Source of the DNA: an uncultured virus (IMG/VR IMGVR_UViG_3300034092_002689)
Lineage: Duplodnaviria > Heunggongvirae > Uroviricota > Caudoviricetes
Reading direction: 5' to 3' (one strand)
Virus record (IMG/VR): IMGVR_UViG_3300034092_002689
DNA length: 64,000 bases
Part shown: piece after piece, positions 1 through 11,700 of the stretch
How the letters are laid out: every line of letters begins with the position of its first letter
How positions within the stretch are numbered: position 1 is the first letter of the stretch
Made by a program: the position numbers and the translations under genes
Notes under the pieces: model-generated
Databases searched by the model: none
The model's input: only the letters and a program-made list of their open reading frames with translations
What the model was told of the DNA's origin: nothing

Positions 1-258
1 AAAAAGAGTACTCTTAGTTATTTAAGATTTACAAAAATGTGCGGATTATTTTTACAGTACAAAAAATTTAATGACAGTGATGTTAAATGGTTTGCAGTGG
101 ATGAAAGTATAAAACAGTCAATTGATGTAGAGGCGGTACTCAATTGGCGCAGGGGGAGAGAACGGCGTGGGGCGGCGAAAAAGTACAGCATCAAAAAAGA
201 AGACAGGAAAGAAATCATTTACCCGGAAGCAAAAACAAAACAGGAGGCAGAGGAGTAA
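1..258 (+). CDS. 3' part of a hypothetical protein (probably begins before the window)
   Basis: Frame is open from the window edge to TAA at 256-258 and overlaps the next ORF; no motif recognised. Confidence 0.45.
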   Translation, partial: KKSTLSYLRFTKMCGLFLQYKKFNDSDVKWFAVDESIKQSIDVEAVLNWRRGRERRGAAKKYSIKKEDRKEIIYPEAKTKQEAEE

Positions 259-649
259 GTATCCTGCTTTAGATCCGAGTTTAAATCTAAGATCTCGAAC
301 AGAGCTTTTAGATTATGACTATTTACACAAATTAACTGAGAAAGAACTCGAATGGCTTAATAAGTTTACAGAAGAGTATGTAAACGCAAATATAAACACT
401 ACTAAGCCAAAAAAGAATTTACACCGCAATAAGACTCTTAGAAAAGATTGTTATGATCGCAACAATTCTCGGAATCGAGATATCTTAACAAGACAAAAAG
501 CAAGCAACCATACAGTCTATTTAGAAGATATTGTCGAAAAAGGTTATGATGAACAAGATCGTTTAAATGCAAGAGTGGAATTAAAGAAGCTTGGCGTTCT
601 TGATGAAAATGGCTTTTTAAAAAAAAGAAAAAGAAACGCTAGCTTCTAA
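167..649 (+). CDS. Basic hypothetical phage protein (160 aa)
   Basis: GTG start after a GGGGAGAG RBS; Lys/Arg-rich N-terminus; converges on the late arm. Confidence 0.65.
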   Translation: MGRRKSTASKKKTGKKSFTRKQKQNRRQRSKYPALDPSLNLRSRTELLDYDYLHKLTEKELEWLNKFTEEYVNANINTTKPKKNLHRNKTLRKDCYDRNNSRNRDILTRQKASNHTVYLEDIVEKGYDEQDRLNARVELKKLGVLDENGFLKKRKRNASF

Positions 650-923
650 AGAAATTTAAAATAGTTATAATACCAATACAGATACCAGCAAATAATGCCA
701 ATATCTTACTTATATTAACGATAGTTTCTTTAGCTGCCTCTACTGGTTGTATCTTTTCTTCAATATCAAATACTTTTTTTTCCAAAATATCAGTGCGCTT
801 TATGTGATATTTTAAATCATTTTCCATTCGTACTTGAACGATTTCGACATTGTGTATCTTATCTTTAACTTCATCTACTTTTTTGTCGATGGTTTGTAAT
901 AAACCGAAATGTTCCTGATCCAT
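639..923 (-). CDS. Coiled-coil protein with C-terminal transmembrane helix (XhlA/holin-like)
   Basis: GGAGGGG RBS; heptad region followed by ILALFAGICIGIITILNFF; last gene of the virion operon. Confidence 0.6.
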   Translation of the reverse strand: MDQEHFGLLQTIDKKVDEVKDKIHNVEIVQVRMENDLKYHIKRTDILEKKVFDIEEKIQPVEAAKETIVNISKILALFAGICIGIITILNFFRS

Positions 924-943
924 AAAGCCCCCTCCGCTTTATT

Positions 944-2797
944 TTACTCTTCTTCTTTTCTATTCACCGATATACCTAATAATTGTCTCTTTTTTGGATC
1001 CTGCATTACTTGATTGATAAATGCAGCTTGCGCAGCATCGGAAGGATTGTTTAATGCCTGTACTGCGTTTTCACCAAATTCTTTAGTGGCCGGATTTTTT
1101 CTAAGCATCTCAGCAAATCCACGAAGCTGATCTACAGAATATTTCTTTAATCCTTTAGCTACAGGTGCCAAAGTTTTACCGGCTCTGGCTGCAGATACGG
1201 CAGCTTCTGTTAATCCCGTTTCTACAATTCCAGTAGGGCCAAGCGCACTCATTGCCTGTTTAATATTTTCGTCTGTGAGAGGTTTATCTCCTAATAATGT
1301 TTTTAGAACAGCAACATCTTTTCCTGCTTCCTCTACTTTTCTTTGAAAAACATCAGCAGGTGAAGCTCCGGGTATTTCAGGTTTAATCTTTGCTGTTTTA
1401 CCTAAAACAGTTTCCATTCCCTCTGTTGGGCGAGTACGCATTGCTTCTGCGATTCTTTTTAATAAATTTTCTTTTTCAACAGACTGAAAACTTCTGCCAC
1501 CAATTTGAGCAATGTATCTCGTAATTTCTTTTTTTAATGACTGTCTAACTTGTTCGTCAGTTTTATCGTACAATTTAATTACATGATCTAATGGATCATC
1601 ACTTCTGTTGATAATCATTTCGGGAATTTCAGCAGCTTTTTGATATTCAGTTCTAGCTTGTCTTAAACCCGGTAATTTTGATTCTAATAAATTATCAATA
1701 GTGTTTACTAAACCGCCAGACAACCGTTTATCATCACCGAAAGTACCAATAAGTTTTTCTAAATCATCATCGGTAATTAACTGAAGTTCTTTTTTCCTTC
1801 TAATATTTTGTAAAATGCTTTTTCTTAAATCGACAAGATCTTTTAAATCTGCTTGACCAGAAATAAGCTTTGAAGTCACATTTTTATTAAAACTTTTTAA
1901 TAATGAAGCAAACTCGGGGTTTTCTTGAGCTTCATTTAATATAGAATTATATGTTTTATCGTTAAGTGGTATTTTTCCTTTAGCCTTTTCGTAAATTTGA
2001 AATACTTGTTTGCCGTATTTTTCTCTATTTGCAGCTAATGAATCTACGATATCGTTTACTGTATTATTAACTTTTTGTACTACAATATCTGTGCCTTCTT
2101 TTGATGCGATAGCAGTACCAATAGTATCTAATTCTTCCCCTAATAATTTTTCTAATTTAGCTCCATGAATAGCTCTAAGAACAGCAGGACTTTCTTGTAT
2201 ATATTTTTTTATTCCTTGTGTTCCTTTTTCATACAATGCTCCCATTCCTCTTGAAACCGCACCTAAACCTCCACCAATAGCAGCTCCAGTGGCTCCTGCT
2301 TCCGTTAATTCTCCTAAAGAAGCTCCGCCCTTTTCTTGACCAACTCCAGCAACTCCACCTATTAATGCCCCAGATAAAGCAGCCTGTCCTAATTTACTTG
2401 TAGCGCCTAGTGCTTTAGCTCCTCTGATTGCAGCTCCACCGGGAATTAAAAAACCTCCGGATATCTCTCCAGCAAGCGTTGCCATAGGTGATCGCTCTTG
2501 AGCTTGTTTATAGGCTTCCTCATTAATTTTTTGATATTTACGATAAAGCTCTGCCAAGTCTGACATTTCAGGCTTTCCTAAAGCCACTTCGCTTCCTGCT
2601 CTTAATGCAGCAAGAAGCTCATCACCAAATCCAAGAGTAGCACCTTGTCCTGCTGCTTTTAAAAAATCAGATGCAGTAGAAGGTTCTTCCATTATTGGTT
2701 CCTCTGCTACCGGAACAGGAGAGGAAACAGCAGAAGGTACATAAGTTTTTTCAAATTGTTCAATTTCTTCCGGAGTAGGATCTTTAAATTTTAGCAT
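944..2797 (-). CDS. Internal virion / DNA ejection protein (617 aa)
   Basis: GQGATLGFGDEL motif and Gly/Ala-rich segments typical of podoviral ejection proteins; lies downstream of the nozzle gene. Confidence 0.65.
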   Translation of the reverse strand: MLKFKDPTPEEIEQFEKTYVPSAVSSPVPVAEEPIMEEPSTASDFLKAAGQGATLGFGDELLAALRAGSEVALGKPEMSDLAELYRKYQKINEEAYKQAQERSPMATLAGEISGGFLIPGGAAIRGAKALGATSKLGQAALSGALIGGVAGVGQEKGGASLGELTEAGATGAAIGGGLGAVSRGMGALYEKGTQGIKKYIQESPAVLRAIHGAKLEKLLGEELDTIGTAIASKEGTDIVVQKVNNTVNDIVDSLAANREKYGKQVFQIYEKAKGKIPLNDKTYNSILNEAQENPEFASLLKSFNKNVTSKLISGQADLKDLVDLRKSILQNIRRKKELQLITDDDLEKLIGTFGDDKRLSGGLVNTIDNLLESKLPGLRQARTEYQKAAEIPEMIINRSDDPLDHVIKLYDKTDEQVRQSLKKEITRYIAQIGGRSFQSVEKENLLKRIAEAMRTRPTEGMETVLGKTAKIKPEIPGASPADVFQRKVEEAGKDVAVLKTLLGDKPLTDENIKQAMSALGPTGIVETGLTEAAVSAARAGKTLAPVAKGLKKYSVDQLRGFAEMLRKNPATKEFGENAVQALNNPSDAAQAAFINQVMQDPKKRQLLGISVNRKEEE

Positions 2798-5629
2798 TTA
2801 AATATCTCCTCTTTCAATCAAAAGAGCTTTTGCTTTTTCAACATCACCATTAAAGTTTTTATTTGCAAAATCTTTAATCGCTGGCTCAATAAAGCTTTCA
2901 TATTCTTCTTCGCCTAGAACATTTTTAAGTGTTTCTGATTCTTTAAGATTGTATCTTTTTCCTCTTTGAACAATAGAACCCACTTCTTTTCTAAATTGAT
3001 CCGAATAAACTTGATGTCGGCTTTTAATTAAATTTTTAAAATCTTCTGCTTTTTCTCTCGAAAATTTACCGCTAAAAATATCGTATAGATATTCTCGTGC
3101 CTTCGAATATGCACTTCCTGATAATCCAAGAAGTCTTAATTCGCCTTCTTTAACACCAGTTTGTGGATCCATAAGTTTCGGAAACAAATATTTAAGACCC
3201 TGTGATTTTGCCGGAGTAGGATCTTTAATATAATCATCAATAGTTTTAATTGCGCTATCGGTTAATAGATATGCTTTTCTAGTATCGCTTTTTGTAATTC
3301 TACTTGCTTCTGTATTTAAAAATTTATTTTGATTTTCAGTAAGTTTTGCCTCTTCTTTGTCAGAGCGTTTTTCTGCCGCTTCTTTACCTTTAATTTTAGC
3401 TAACTCAAGGCGTTCAGCCATTCTAGATATATTTGGATATATTTCAGTTAATTGGTTATATGACATATTTCCAAAATTAACTCTTTTCCCCGTAGCTTTA
3501 AAAACATCTTCTTCTGCCAATTGACGCAACATTTTAGAAGCATCGCTATTTGGATCATCTTTCTCTATAGCGATTTTTTCTTTTAATTCAGCAATTGGCA
3601 TTCCTGCTTGTTTGATCATTTCATCAAACGCACTTACTTCTGGCACTTCTACTTTAGAGCGAGACCCTATTCCATATAAACCAGAAATAATAGGCATTAC
3701 GGATTTGCCTACTTCACCAATAAGAATATCTCTTTTTCTTTGCTCTTGAGCTTGCTTTAATTGATCTTGAAAATCGCTTTGAGTTTGTGCCATTCTTTCT
3801 AATCCTTCTAATTCAGTAGAAGGAGTAATGGCATCTGATGGTACTTCCGCAGTTGGAATTTTAGGTTCAGGGCGTTCGAATGGCGTTTGTTTTAAGCCTT
3901 TAAGATATTCATATTTATCTTTAAGCGCCATTAACTTTTCTTGATCCTGTCTAAATTTATTATATTCCTCACCCGAAGCTACCGGACCAAAAGATAATGG
4001 AGCATTTTCTTCTCCAAGATTAGCAGAAGAAGAGGTTAAAAAAGCTTTTAATCTTCTTAATGCATCTGCTTTTTCTTCAGGAGATGCTGCAACAGAACTT
4101 GGGCTTCTATCTAATTCTTGTTCTTCTTCAGTTAATTGATTCATACCTGTTAATTCTTTTTCGTATCTAGGTTTTCTTCTCAAGATTTCATTAAAATATT
4201 TGACATTTTTAGGAGTATTGTAATACTTACCTTTACTTCCTGCATGATAAAGCTTTAAAAATTCTTCTTCATTTTGAGGATTTCTGTTTTGTTTTAACCA
4301 GTTTCGATAATCAAAAAAAGCATCAACTTGAGCTTTCCAGTTTTCTGGTTGCATCGCTTCTTCATAAGAAAGATTTTTAAGAGTACCTTTCGTATCAATT
4401 TTTTTGGCATCGTCAAATGCTGTTGGAAAATGTTGACCTAATCCCCTTGCTCCTTCTTCACTAACCGCAAATGGGTTAAAAGACGATTCTTGCGCCATCT
4501 GAGCTAAAGCAAGAGCTGGATCCTCTCCTCTTTCTCTAGCCTGTTCGATTACATATTGTTTAACTTCTTCAACTGGAGGTCTATTTTTTTCTAAAATTTG
4601 AGGTAAGTCTTTTTCGCTAACTTTATCTAATACATCAATAGTACGAGCTTTATCTGCTTCTTTTTTATCTTCTTCAAATACAGGAGCAGGAGACACGACA
4701 GGTTGTCCTGAATCATCCAAATACTCACCCAAACCATACAAACCAGCACCCACTAAACCGGTAGGAATGGCAACAGGAGTAGCAGCTCCAGCCGACATAA
4801 TTTCCATTGGAAGTACAGAAGCCATTGCTGATCCGCCGAGAAGTTTAGCGGTTTTTCCCATCTTCTGCTTTGTAGTTAAATTATCATATCCAAACAATTC
4901 ACCACCAGCTTTTGATGCTTCAGCGCCAGCAATAGCAGTTTGAATAGGAGCTGCAATTTTTGCTCCTTTTGTTAATAAATCAATAGCAGATGTTTTACCT
5001 TTTAAAAGAGAAGATAATACTTTGTTTTTAATGTCAGTAGGAAGCTTTTTTAAAGCATCTATATTCTCTTCCAATGGAGAAACCATTGGTTTTATTGATG
5101 CATATTTTTCAGCATCTGAAACAGCCTCTACTACAGGCTCCGCTTTTTGAGCAGCAGATCCAAGCTTACTGGCATAGCGCTGTCTTAAATTTTCACGAAT
5201 TGCTTCTTTTTCTAATACGGGCTTAAAAGTTTGTTCTAATTCTTTTTGTTTAACAAACTTATCAACTTTTAATGGAGTTCCAGACTCTACTGCGCTTTTT
5301 GTTACTATTCTACGAATTTTTTCAGCGGGAGTTTTAGTTTTTTTTGAAACCTGTTTTATGGCTTCTGGCTCATTAACGGTTTGATATTCTTCTAAAGCTT
5401 TTGCGCTCTTACGAGCTATATCCATTTCTTCTGGAGTAACATCGACCATTTCAGCCATGCTGACTGGTCCACCAAATTCTGGATTAAAAACTCCACCTTT
5501 GGTTTGAATACCTTTAGTTCTTGCTGCTGCTTGTTTTTTAACATATTCATCGAGTAATTCGTTAGATTTTTTTTCACTAACATTTTCATCGATTAATTCG
5601 TTAATAATGTCCTCTAAACTTTTTGCCAT
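2798..5629 (-). CDS. Internal virion protein with soluble lytic transglycosylase (SLT) domain (943 aa)
   Basis: LALAQMAQESSFNPFAVSEEGARGLGQ...YHAG at ~4170-4560 matches SLT motifs I-III with catalytic Glu. Confidence 0.8.
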   Translation of the reverse strand: MAKSLEDIINELIDENVSEKKSNELLDEYVKKQAAARTKGIQTKGGVFNPEFGGPVSMAEMVDVTPEEMDIARKSAKALEEYQTVNEPEAIKQVSKKTKTPAEKIRRIVTKSAVESGTPLKVDKFVKQKELEQTFKPVLEKEAIRENLRQRYASKLGSAAQKAEPVVEAVSDAEKYASIKPMVSPLEENIDALKKLPTDIKNKVLSSLLKGKTSAIDLLTKGAKIAAPIQTAIAGAEASKAGGELFGYDNLTTKQKMGKTAKLLGGSAMASVLPMEIMSAGAATPVAIPTGLVGAGLYGLGEYLDDSGQPVVSPAPVFEEDKKEADKARTIDVLDKVSEKDLPQILEKNRPPVEEVKQYVIEQARERGEDPALALAQMAQESSFNPFAVSEEGARGLGQHFPTAFDDAKKIDTKGTLKNLSYEEAMQPENWKAQVDAFFDYRNWLKQNRNPQNEEEFLKLYHAGSKGKYYNTPKNVKYFNEILRRKPRYEKELTGMNQLTEEEQELDRSPSSVAASPEEKADALRRLKAFLTSSSANLGEENAPLSFGPVASGEEYNKFRQDQEKLMALKDKYEYLKGLKQTPFERPEPKIPTAEVPSDAITPSTELEGLERMAQTQSDFQDQLKQAQEQRKRDILIGEVGKSVMPIISGLYGIGSRSKVEVPEVSAFDEMIKQAGMPIAELKEKIAIEKDDPNSDASKMLRQLAEEDVFKATGKRVNFGNMSYNQLTEIYPNISRMAERLELAKIKGKEAAEKRSDKEEAKLTENQNKFLNTEASRITKSDTRKAYLLTDSAIKTIDDYIKDPTPAKSQGLKYLFPKLMDPQTGVKEGELRLLGLSGSAYSKAREYLYDIFSGKFSREKAEDFKNLIKSRHQVYSDQFRKEVGSIVQRGKRYNLKESETLKNVLGEEEYESFIEPAIKDFANKNFNGDVEKAKALLIERGDI

Positions 5630-5648
5630 CGCAGCGTCCTTTTACTTA

Positions 5649-6773
5649 TTATTTAAAATAATCAGAGGGATCTTCGTCTTCGCCAAATAAACTAAAGCGT
5701 CTAGGGTTTTTATATCTTAAATCTCCCATACTGCTTTCTCGAGTTTTACCAAATGAAGGATATAAACTTTCAGTGCTAGCTCCGCCCTTGTATGCGGTTC
5801 CTGCTAATCCCAATAATCCTCCACTAATGTTTGACCAATTTTGACCTTCAGCCGCCATTCGTTCTTGAGCAAGCTTGCCTTGATTGCCATATATTCCGGA
5901 TTTAGCTTTTGCTAAAGCCAATTGATTTTCATACATTTGTTGTGGAGCAGTATATTTCCTACGCAACAATTCTTGATTTTGCATAGCAATATTTCTATCC
6001 ATAATTTCTTGCTGACGCTGAAGATTCATAATATCCGCTTGTGACTTCATTGCGACATTTGCTTTTTGACGAGCAAGTTGATTTTGAATATCGAAAAGCT
6101 GTCTTTGTCTTTGAGCTTCAACATTAGATTGCTGAACGCCTAAGTCTTGTTGACGAAGTCTTTCAGCTCCACTCATTGCTGCTTGTATTGCAGCTCTGCG
6201 GTTTTCTTGTTGCATTGCTGCTGCTCGCATATTAGCAAGCATTTCATCCTGAGAAGACTGTTGTAATCCACCCAATTGAGCAGCTAATGAAGCAGGACCG
6301 CCTCCTTGTCCCATTTGAGCATACTTTTGCAATAAACCAGCTTGGCGAGCTTGTGCGTTTTGTGCTGCTTTTAAACGAGATTCTTCAAGAGCTAAACGCT
6401 CCTGTGCTCCCATACCAGTTTGAGCCAATTGCTCTAATGCGCTTAATTGAGCTTCTTGTCTTTGTCTTGTTTCTGGTGTTTCTTGAAGAAGAATGACTTC
6501 TTGTGCTTCGATAGGAAGCATCGCCATTTGCTGAGGAGTTAACTGTCCACCCTGTTGAAATTGCGTGAAGACAATGGCTTGCGCTAAATCTGGAGGTACA
6601 ATGCCTTCAAATTGCGCAAGTGCTTGTCTTATTGCTTCTTGTGCTTCATCGTCACTATCAAATAAACCACCTAAAGCTCCGCCAATTGCAGATCCGGCAA
6701 GTAATCCGGGAACCCCAAAAAAAGCTCCTCCTGCTGCACCTAATCCTGTACCTATTGCTTTACCTTTTGCCAT
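5649..6773 (-). CDS. Internal virion / DNA pilot-like ejection protein (374 aa)
   Basis: Gly-rich hydrophobic N-terminus (GTGLGAAGGAFFG...GGALGGLF) followed by a Gln/Ala coiled coil. Confidence 0.65.
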   Translation of the reverse strand: MAKGKAIGTGLGAAGGAFFGVPGLLAGSAIGGALGGLFDSDDEAQEAIRQALAQFEGIVPPDLAQAIVFTQFQQGGQLTPQQMAMLPIEAQEVILLQETPETRQRQEAQLSALEQLAQTGMGAQERLALEESRLKAAQNAQARQAGLLQKYAQMGQGGGPASLAAQLGGLQQSSQDEMLANMRAAAMQQENRRAAIQAAMSGAERLRQQDLGVQQSNVEAQRQRQLFDIQNQLARQKANVAMKSQADIMNLQRQQEIMDRNIAMQNQELLRRKYTAPQQMYENQLALAKAKSGIYGNQGKLAQERMAAEGQNWSNISGGLLGLAGTAYKGGASTESLYPSFGKTRESSMGDLRYKNPRRFSLFGEDEDPSDYFK

Positions 6774-6776
6774 AAA

Positions 6777-8312
6777 CTACACCTGCCTCGGACCAGTTCT
6801 TTGAGGGAGTTCTCCCATTGTAATTCCTTTAGTGGGATCAGAAGTATATACTGTTCCAAACATTTGATTTAAATAATCTTGAAGAGTCATTCTTTTACTT
6901 AAAAATTCATTTCTAAGTGCTTTTTCTTGTTCTTTTAATCGATATAATCCGGTTTCTAATAAAACACGCATTCCTTCAACTTTGTCTCTAGGAATATTTA
7001 AATCTCTTCCTGTTACTTGTTCATAAATTTCTTTATAATTTGGTAATTTTCCAAAATCACTTGTGTTATTATTTAGTGCGTTTAATAAATATTGTCCCTT
7101 ACTTTGTAAATCTATATTTTGCGAAACAGGTTCAGGAATAGCATTCATCATATCCTGATATGTTTGCCCCTTTTTAATATCTTCTTCTCCTGCAAACACT
7201 GCAGTTCTAAACGGGCTAGTTTCTTGAATAGTTTTAGCTAAATCGGTTTGTCCTGTCATCAATGCTAAATTGCGAGCGGCTTCTTGTTGTGGCCCTTGAT
7301 AGTATGGAGCGTTAATATTTGTCTCTCCAGTAGCAAGACCTTGCAATACAGTAGTTAAATAATCGCTTTGTGACGGATCTACCAAAACTCCTGTACCCAA
7401 TCCTCTTTGACCTAAAGTGGTCATAATTCTTTTATCTTCTTCTGCCTTAATAGGATCGTACACTCTTCCTAAATTCGGATCCATTTTCATTCCAAATTGA
7501 GTAGGATCAGCTAAAAGTTCATTTGCTCTGCGAGTTTCAGAAGCAAATTGTTCGCCTTGTTTTGTAGCTTGCTCTTGAATGCCACTAAGATATTCCAAAG
7601 CACCTTTGCCTACTCTTTCTTTTTCTTTACCTACTTCACTTTCGATATCTTTAGCTCTTTGTGCTGTTGTGCCGAGTAATCCACCAATGGCCTGTTTTGT
7701 GCCTAATGCTTCTTGTGCCCCACCTCTTACTGCTCTTTGTCCTGCTGCGGATTGCCCAAGTAAAATTTGGTCTAAAATAGATTGACCGGATGTGTATGTG
7801 CCGGGAGCTGCTACCGCTTGTCTCAGAAGTTGTCTTTGACCACCGGGACCGCCATAACCATAAATAGCCGCTTCGCCTAAAGTACCAGCTTTTTTCTGTA
7901 GTCCTTCGGCTCCCATCATTTTTGATGGTCCAGCATATTTTGCACCTCTTAACTTTTCTCCAGCAGTCTTTGCTTGCTCTTCACTAAGACCGGCAAGCCC
8001 TTGAGGTACAGATGCGGGAGTTGCTCCCAAAAATTGACCAACACCTGAAATATCTTGTAATGCTTTTGATCTTGCCTCTTCCGCTTGAGTGCGAAATTGT
8101 TGAGCACTTCTTTCTGCACCGGCCCTTACTTGACCTGCTTGAAGACCCAAAGCTTGACCCACCTGCTGACCCATTTGTTGACCAGCACCAATATTAGCTC
8201 CTAGAATGCGACCAATATTAGTAAAACCAGTACCCCTTTGTCGCCTTCCTTCTGGCATTGTGGATTCTGGTTCGTTAGATGGTTGTTGTTGATTAGCTGA
8301 GATAATTGGCAT
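6777..8312 (-). CDS. Putative internal virion protein (511 aa)
   Basis: Gln/Gly/Ala-rich helical protein heading the ejection-protein cluster; has its own promoter-motif copy. Confidence 0.55.
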   Translation of the reverse strand: MPIISANQQQPSNEPESTMPEGRRQRGTGFTNIGRILGANIGAGQQMGQQVGQALGLQAGQVRAGAERSAQQFRTQAEEARSKALQDISGVGQFLGATPASVPQGLAGLSEEQAKTAGEKLRGAKYAGPSKMMGAEGLQKKAGTLGEAAIYGYGGPGGQRQLLRQAVAAPGTYTSGQSILDQILLGQSAAGQRAVRGGAQEALGTKQAIGGLLGTTAQRAKDIESEVGKEKERVGKGALEYLSGIQEQATKQGEQFASETRRANELLADPTQFGMKMDPNLGRVYDPIKAEEDKRIMTTLGQRGLGTGVLVDPSQSDYLTTVLQGLATGETNINAPYYQGPQQEAARNLALMTGQTDLAKTIQETSPFRTAVFAGEEDIKKGQTYQDMMNAIPEPVSQNIDLQSKGQYLLNALNNNTSDFGKLPNYKEIYEQVTGRDLNIPRDKVEGMRVLLETGLYRLKEQEKALRNEFLSKRMTLQDYLNQMFGTVYTSDPTKGITMGELPQRTGPRQV

Positions 8313-8329
8313 ATTATTAACCTACCTAT

Positions 8330-8340
8330 AGTTGTTAAAA
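8330..8340 (-). promoter_or_regulatory. Phage late-type promoter motif TTTTAACAACT
   Basis: One of 15 intergenic copies; upstream of the ejection-protein cluster. Confidence 0.8.
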
Positions 8341-8344
8341 TTTA

Positions 8345-8755
8345 TTAAATTGCTAATAATTTTATTGTATAAATAACATCGGGAGTAAGTCCCGTAATGC
8401 GGCGTAAAATAACGCTATTTTCGCTTTTTCCAAAAGAAACGAACGGAGCAGAATTAGGGGGATTGTTTGGCGTTTTCAAAGTATAACAATCAAGTACTAT
8501 TAAGCCCCTAATGCTAGTTTGAGATGCATCTAATTTAAAAACGGTGCCATTTTGAGGAACTCCATCAACATCGACGACAACATTCAATTCTGCATAAGTA
8601 GAAATAATATTATCATTAAATGTTAACTTCTTATTTAATGCGTCATATAAACTATCAAACCCGTAATTGATGGATACCGCCATTTTTTCCACCAAAGCTT
8701 GATATTCTTCGGCATAATCGGTTTTAATAATGCGTCGATAACTAGGCAGCTTCAA
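8345..8755 (-). CDS. Hypothetical virion (tail-associated) protein, ~136 aa
   Basis: More likely start is the TTG at 8755 overlapping the nozzle stop (TTGA) after a GAGGG RBS, rather than 8815. Confidence 0.6.
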   Translation of the reverse strand: MKLPSYRRIIKTDYAEEYQALVEKMAVSINYGFDSLYDALNKKLTFNDNIISTYAELNVVVDVDGVPQNGTVFKLDASQTSIRGLIVLDCYTLKTPNNPPNSAPFVSFGKSENSVILRRITGLTPDVIYTIKLLAI

Positions 8756-11700
8756 CGGTATGCCCTCGTGCTCTCTTGTACATTTCCAGTGAGAGTTATG
8801 CCATAAAGCGACCAAAGTTCTCTGGCGACATTATGGGAGAATTTTACATTGATAAAACGACATCTTTGAGTTTCTCTTGGTATAATAGTACGGAATGGAG
8901 CAGAGTTGCTTTCCCCTCCATAAAATCCAAAACCATATCCCGGTTCTGAATAATGACCATAAATACCGCTTCCTTGACCGTAAAAATCAATAGGAAAGAA
9001 TTCTGGTTTTAAATCGCTACTAAACGAAGCAGTAGCTCTCGTAAATGCTTTATTATTAAACATAAGAGTAGCTTCGTATATTTGTTTTAATCTTAAAGGA
9101 TCGCCAAATATAAGAGGAGCGTACTGTAATTCACAAGCAATAGAACTATAGATTTGAGCTGGACCCACGATCCATTGAAGCGGTAAATTAACCGTAAGAA
9201 TATTTAAAGCTTTATTTACAGACAATATAACAGCCTCATACAATTGACTGCTAGATACTGTTGCATAATTCTTAAAAGAAGTGCCGCTAGTTAACTCATT
9301 AAGCATATTAATAATGATGTTATAGCAAGCAGCAATATCTTCTTGTGTTTGCAAATTTTGATTGGTGGAGTAGGTCAATCCTACCCCTAATGGGTTACTA
9401 TCACCCACAATAATGACCACCGGAATAGTAAAGGTATTAGGTCCAGTCACTGTTACTGAATAAGTACCATTAATACTAGGAGTAATGGTCCCATTAGTAC
9501 CACTTATAGTAACTCGTCGATTAGTAATTAGTCCGTGCGGAGTACTTGTTGTGATTATTGTATTTGTTATGTCCGGAGTTACATCGGTAATAATGCCAGT
9601 ATAATCACCAATATTTGCAAAATAGCTCGTAGAAGTAAGACCCACATCTGTGTCCAACAAATTTGCTAAATTCACTATAGCAGTTCTTAAATTCGCTCCA
9701 GTGGTGATTGTTAAAGTGTCATATGGATTTTGTGTACTAGGATCAAATACCAATTTATTTAAAAGAGAATTGTATGCATAAATAGTTAGTATTTGATTTT
9801 GAGTGATTACATCACCTTCTTTAATTCCACTAACACTAGCTAAACGAAGCGTACCTCCGCCATTTAAAATATTAGTATCGGTTAATTGTACTCCAAAATC
9901 CCTGTCAGAATAATCTAATCTATTAAACTGTTTTCTTTCTTGATCCACTAAAGAGTAAGTACCAGATCCTGTGTATATTTTATCATCAAACGGATTAACT
10001 ACTCCACAGGTTTGAGATCTTTTAATGTTTGTCCATGTATTTGTTAGGTTAGAAAAACGAAATCCTACAGTAGCGTATTGATCTCCAATTTGCGAATTGG
10101 TGAATACTGTATAACTGTTATCGCTATCGTATCCCAATCCCCATGTAACTTTATTAAAAGTATTATAATTACTTGATGCTAATTTTAATATTTGGGTATC
10201 AATAGGTCTGCTAATTTCGGTAACGCCAGCTTCAGTTACATTTGAAATACCCTTATTAGTCCAAGCATAAATAATATTATTTGCAACAGCAACGCTATCT
10301 GGAGCAATTAACACACAGCTTGTATCAAAAAGTGTAATAACAAATGGTTCTACTTCACCAGAAATACGGAATAATCCGTCTTGTTTAAAAACAAACAAAC
10401 TATCTCTAAGAGGAAATATTCTCAATATTTCTTGATCTTCAGATCCAACATCCAAAGCATTTAGAATAGGAACAGCTTCTGGTTGTAAATATTTGCTGTA
10501 GTAAATGCGATTTGGTTTCTTTTCATTTGAAGAAACTACAGTATCTGAAAGTTTAGACCAAGCTCCAGCAAATGAAGTAACAGTGATAACATTTACCGGT
10601 ATAGTAAATGTATTAGCACCAGTACGAATGATAGTATGAATGCCATTAATATCAGCATTTGTAATTGTGTTTGCAATGATAATTTTATCTCCGGTCATCA
10701 ATCCATGCGGAATATTTGTAGTAATTGTACATGGATTTCCCGGAGTAATAGATGTGATATATTTACTAGCAGTTTGATCGGCGCTATTTAATGGTGCGAT
10801 GTCTGGGCTAAAAGAAGTACCTACCGCTAAATTTTGAGCCATTATATAAATAGGAATATCTAAAAGAGTTTTAGATTCTAAATTCATTATTCCCGGTAAA
10901 GTAGTAGATCCAGAAATATAATATGCATTAATGGGACTATTTATATTTTTATTTATAACCGAAACCATCGATCTTGCGGTAATATCAATGGCTTGAGCAC
11001 GGGAATCCACTTGAGATAAAAGTATTTTATTGTTTAATGCATCTTCCCCACTACCTTGCTCGATAGACAAAGAAAGTTTAGAAGCATTTATATCTCCAAT
11101 GGTAGCATCTGAAGTAATGCCTTCATTTACATTTTCGCTAATTACGACATTAGTTATTGAAGTGAACGCAGAATAAGAAATTGTAGGGTCTCCAGATCCC
11201 TGTAATAGCGACAAATTACTTGGACCAGCAACGGGATTAGTATCTCCTATAACTACTAAAGTAGTGCCTCCACTGATCGTACTAACAACGGTGAATAAAC
11301 TACCGTTTGTATCTTCGTAAATATCCCCTTGTGTGGCATTTGCTGCAGTAACTGTAATGGTATAAGTATTATTGGTAATTGCAGTAAAATCGTAGCTAAG
11401 GGAGTTTATAGCATTAATGGTTTTAACACATATTTTTGCTAATGTATCTCCGGTTAAAATATCTATTACTTTTCCAATTTTATTTGGCACTAGAGGATCT
11501 ACGCCAACATTATCTAAACGATACCAAAAATAATAAAAAATTTCGTCATCTGCAGAATTCATTGTAAAATATTTATTCTGAAGATCGGCTACAGTAGTGC
11601 TGTTATCAAAAGTAAATGTATTTATTTCCGGAGAACCTAAATTAAATGTATATTCAGTGGTTCCTGCAGTGGTTCCATCTGATATAATAATTTTATCCCC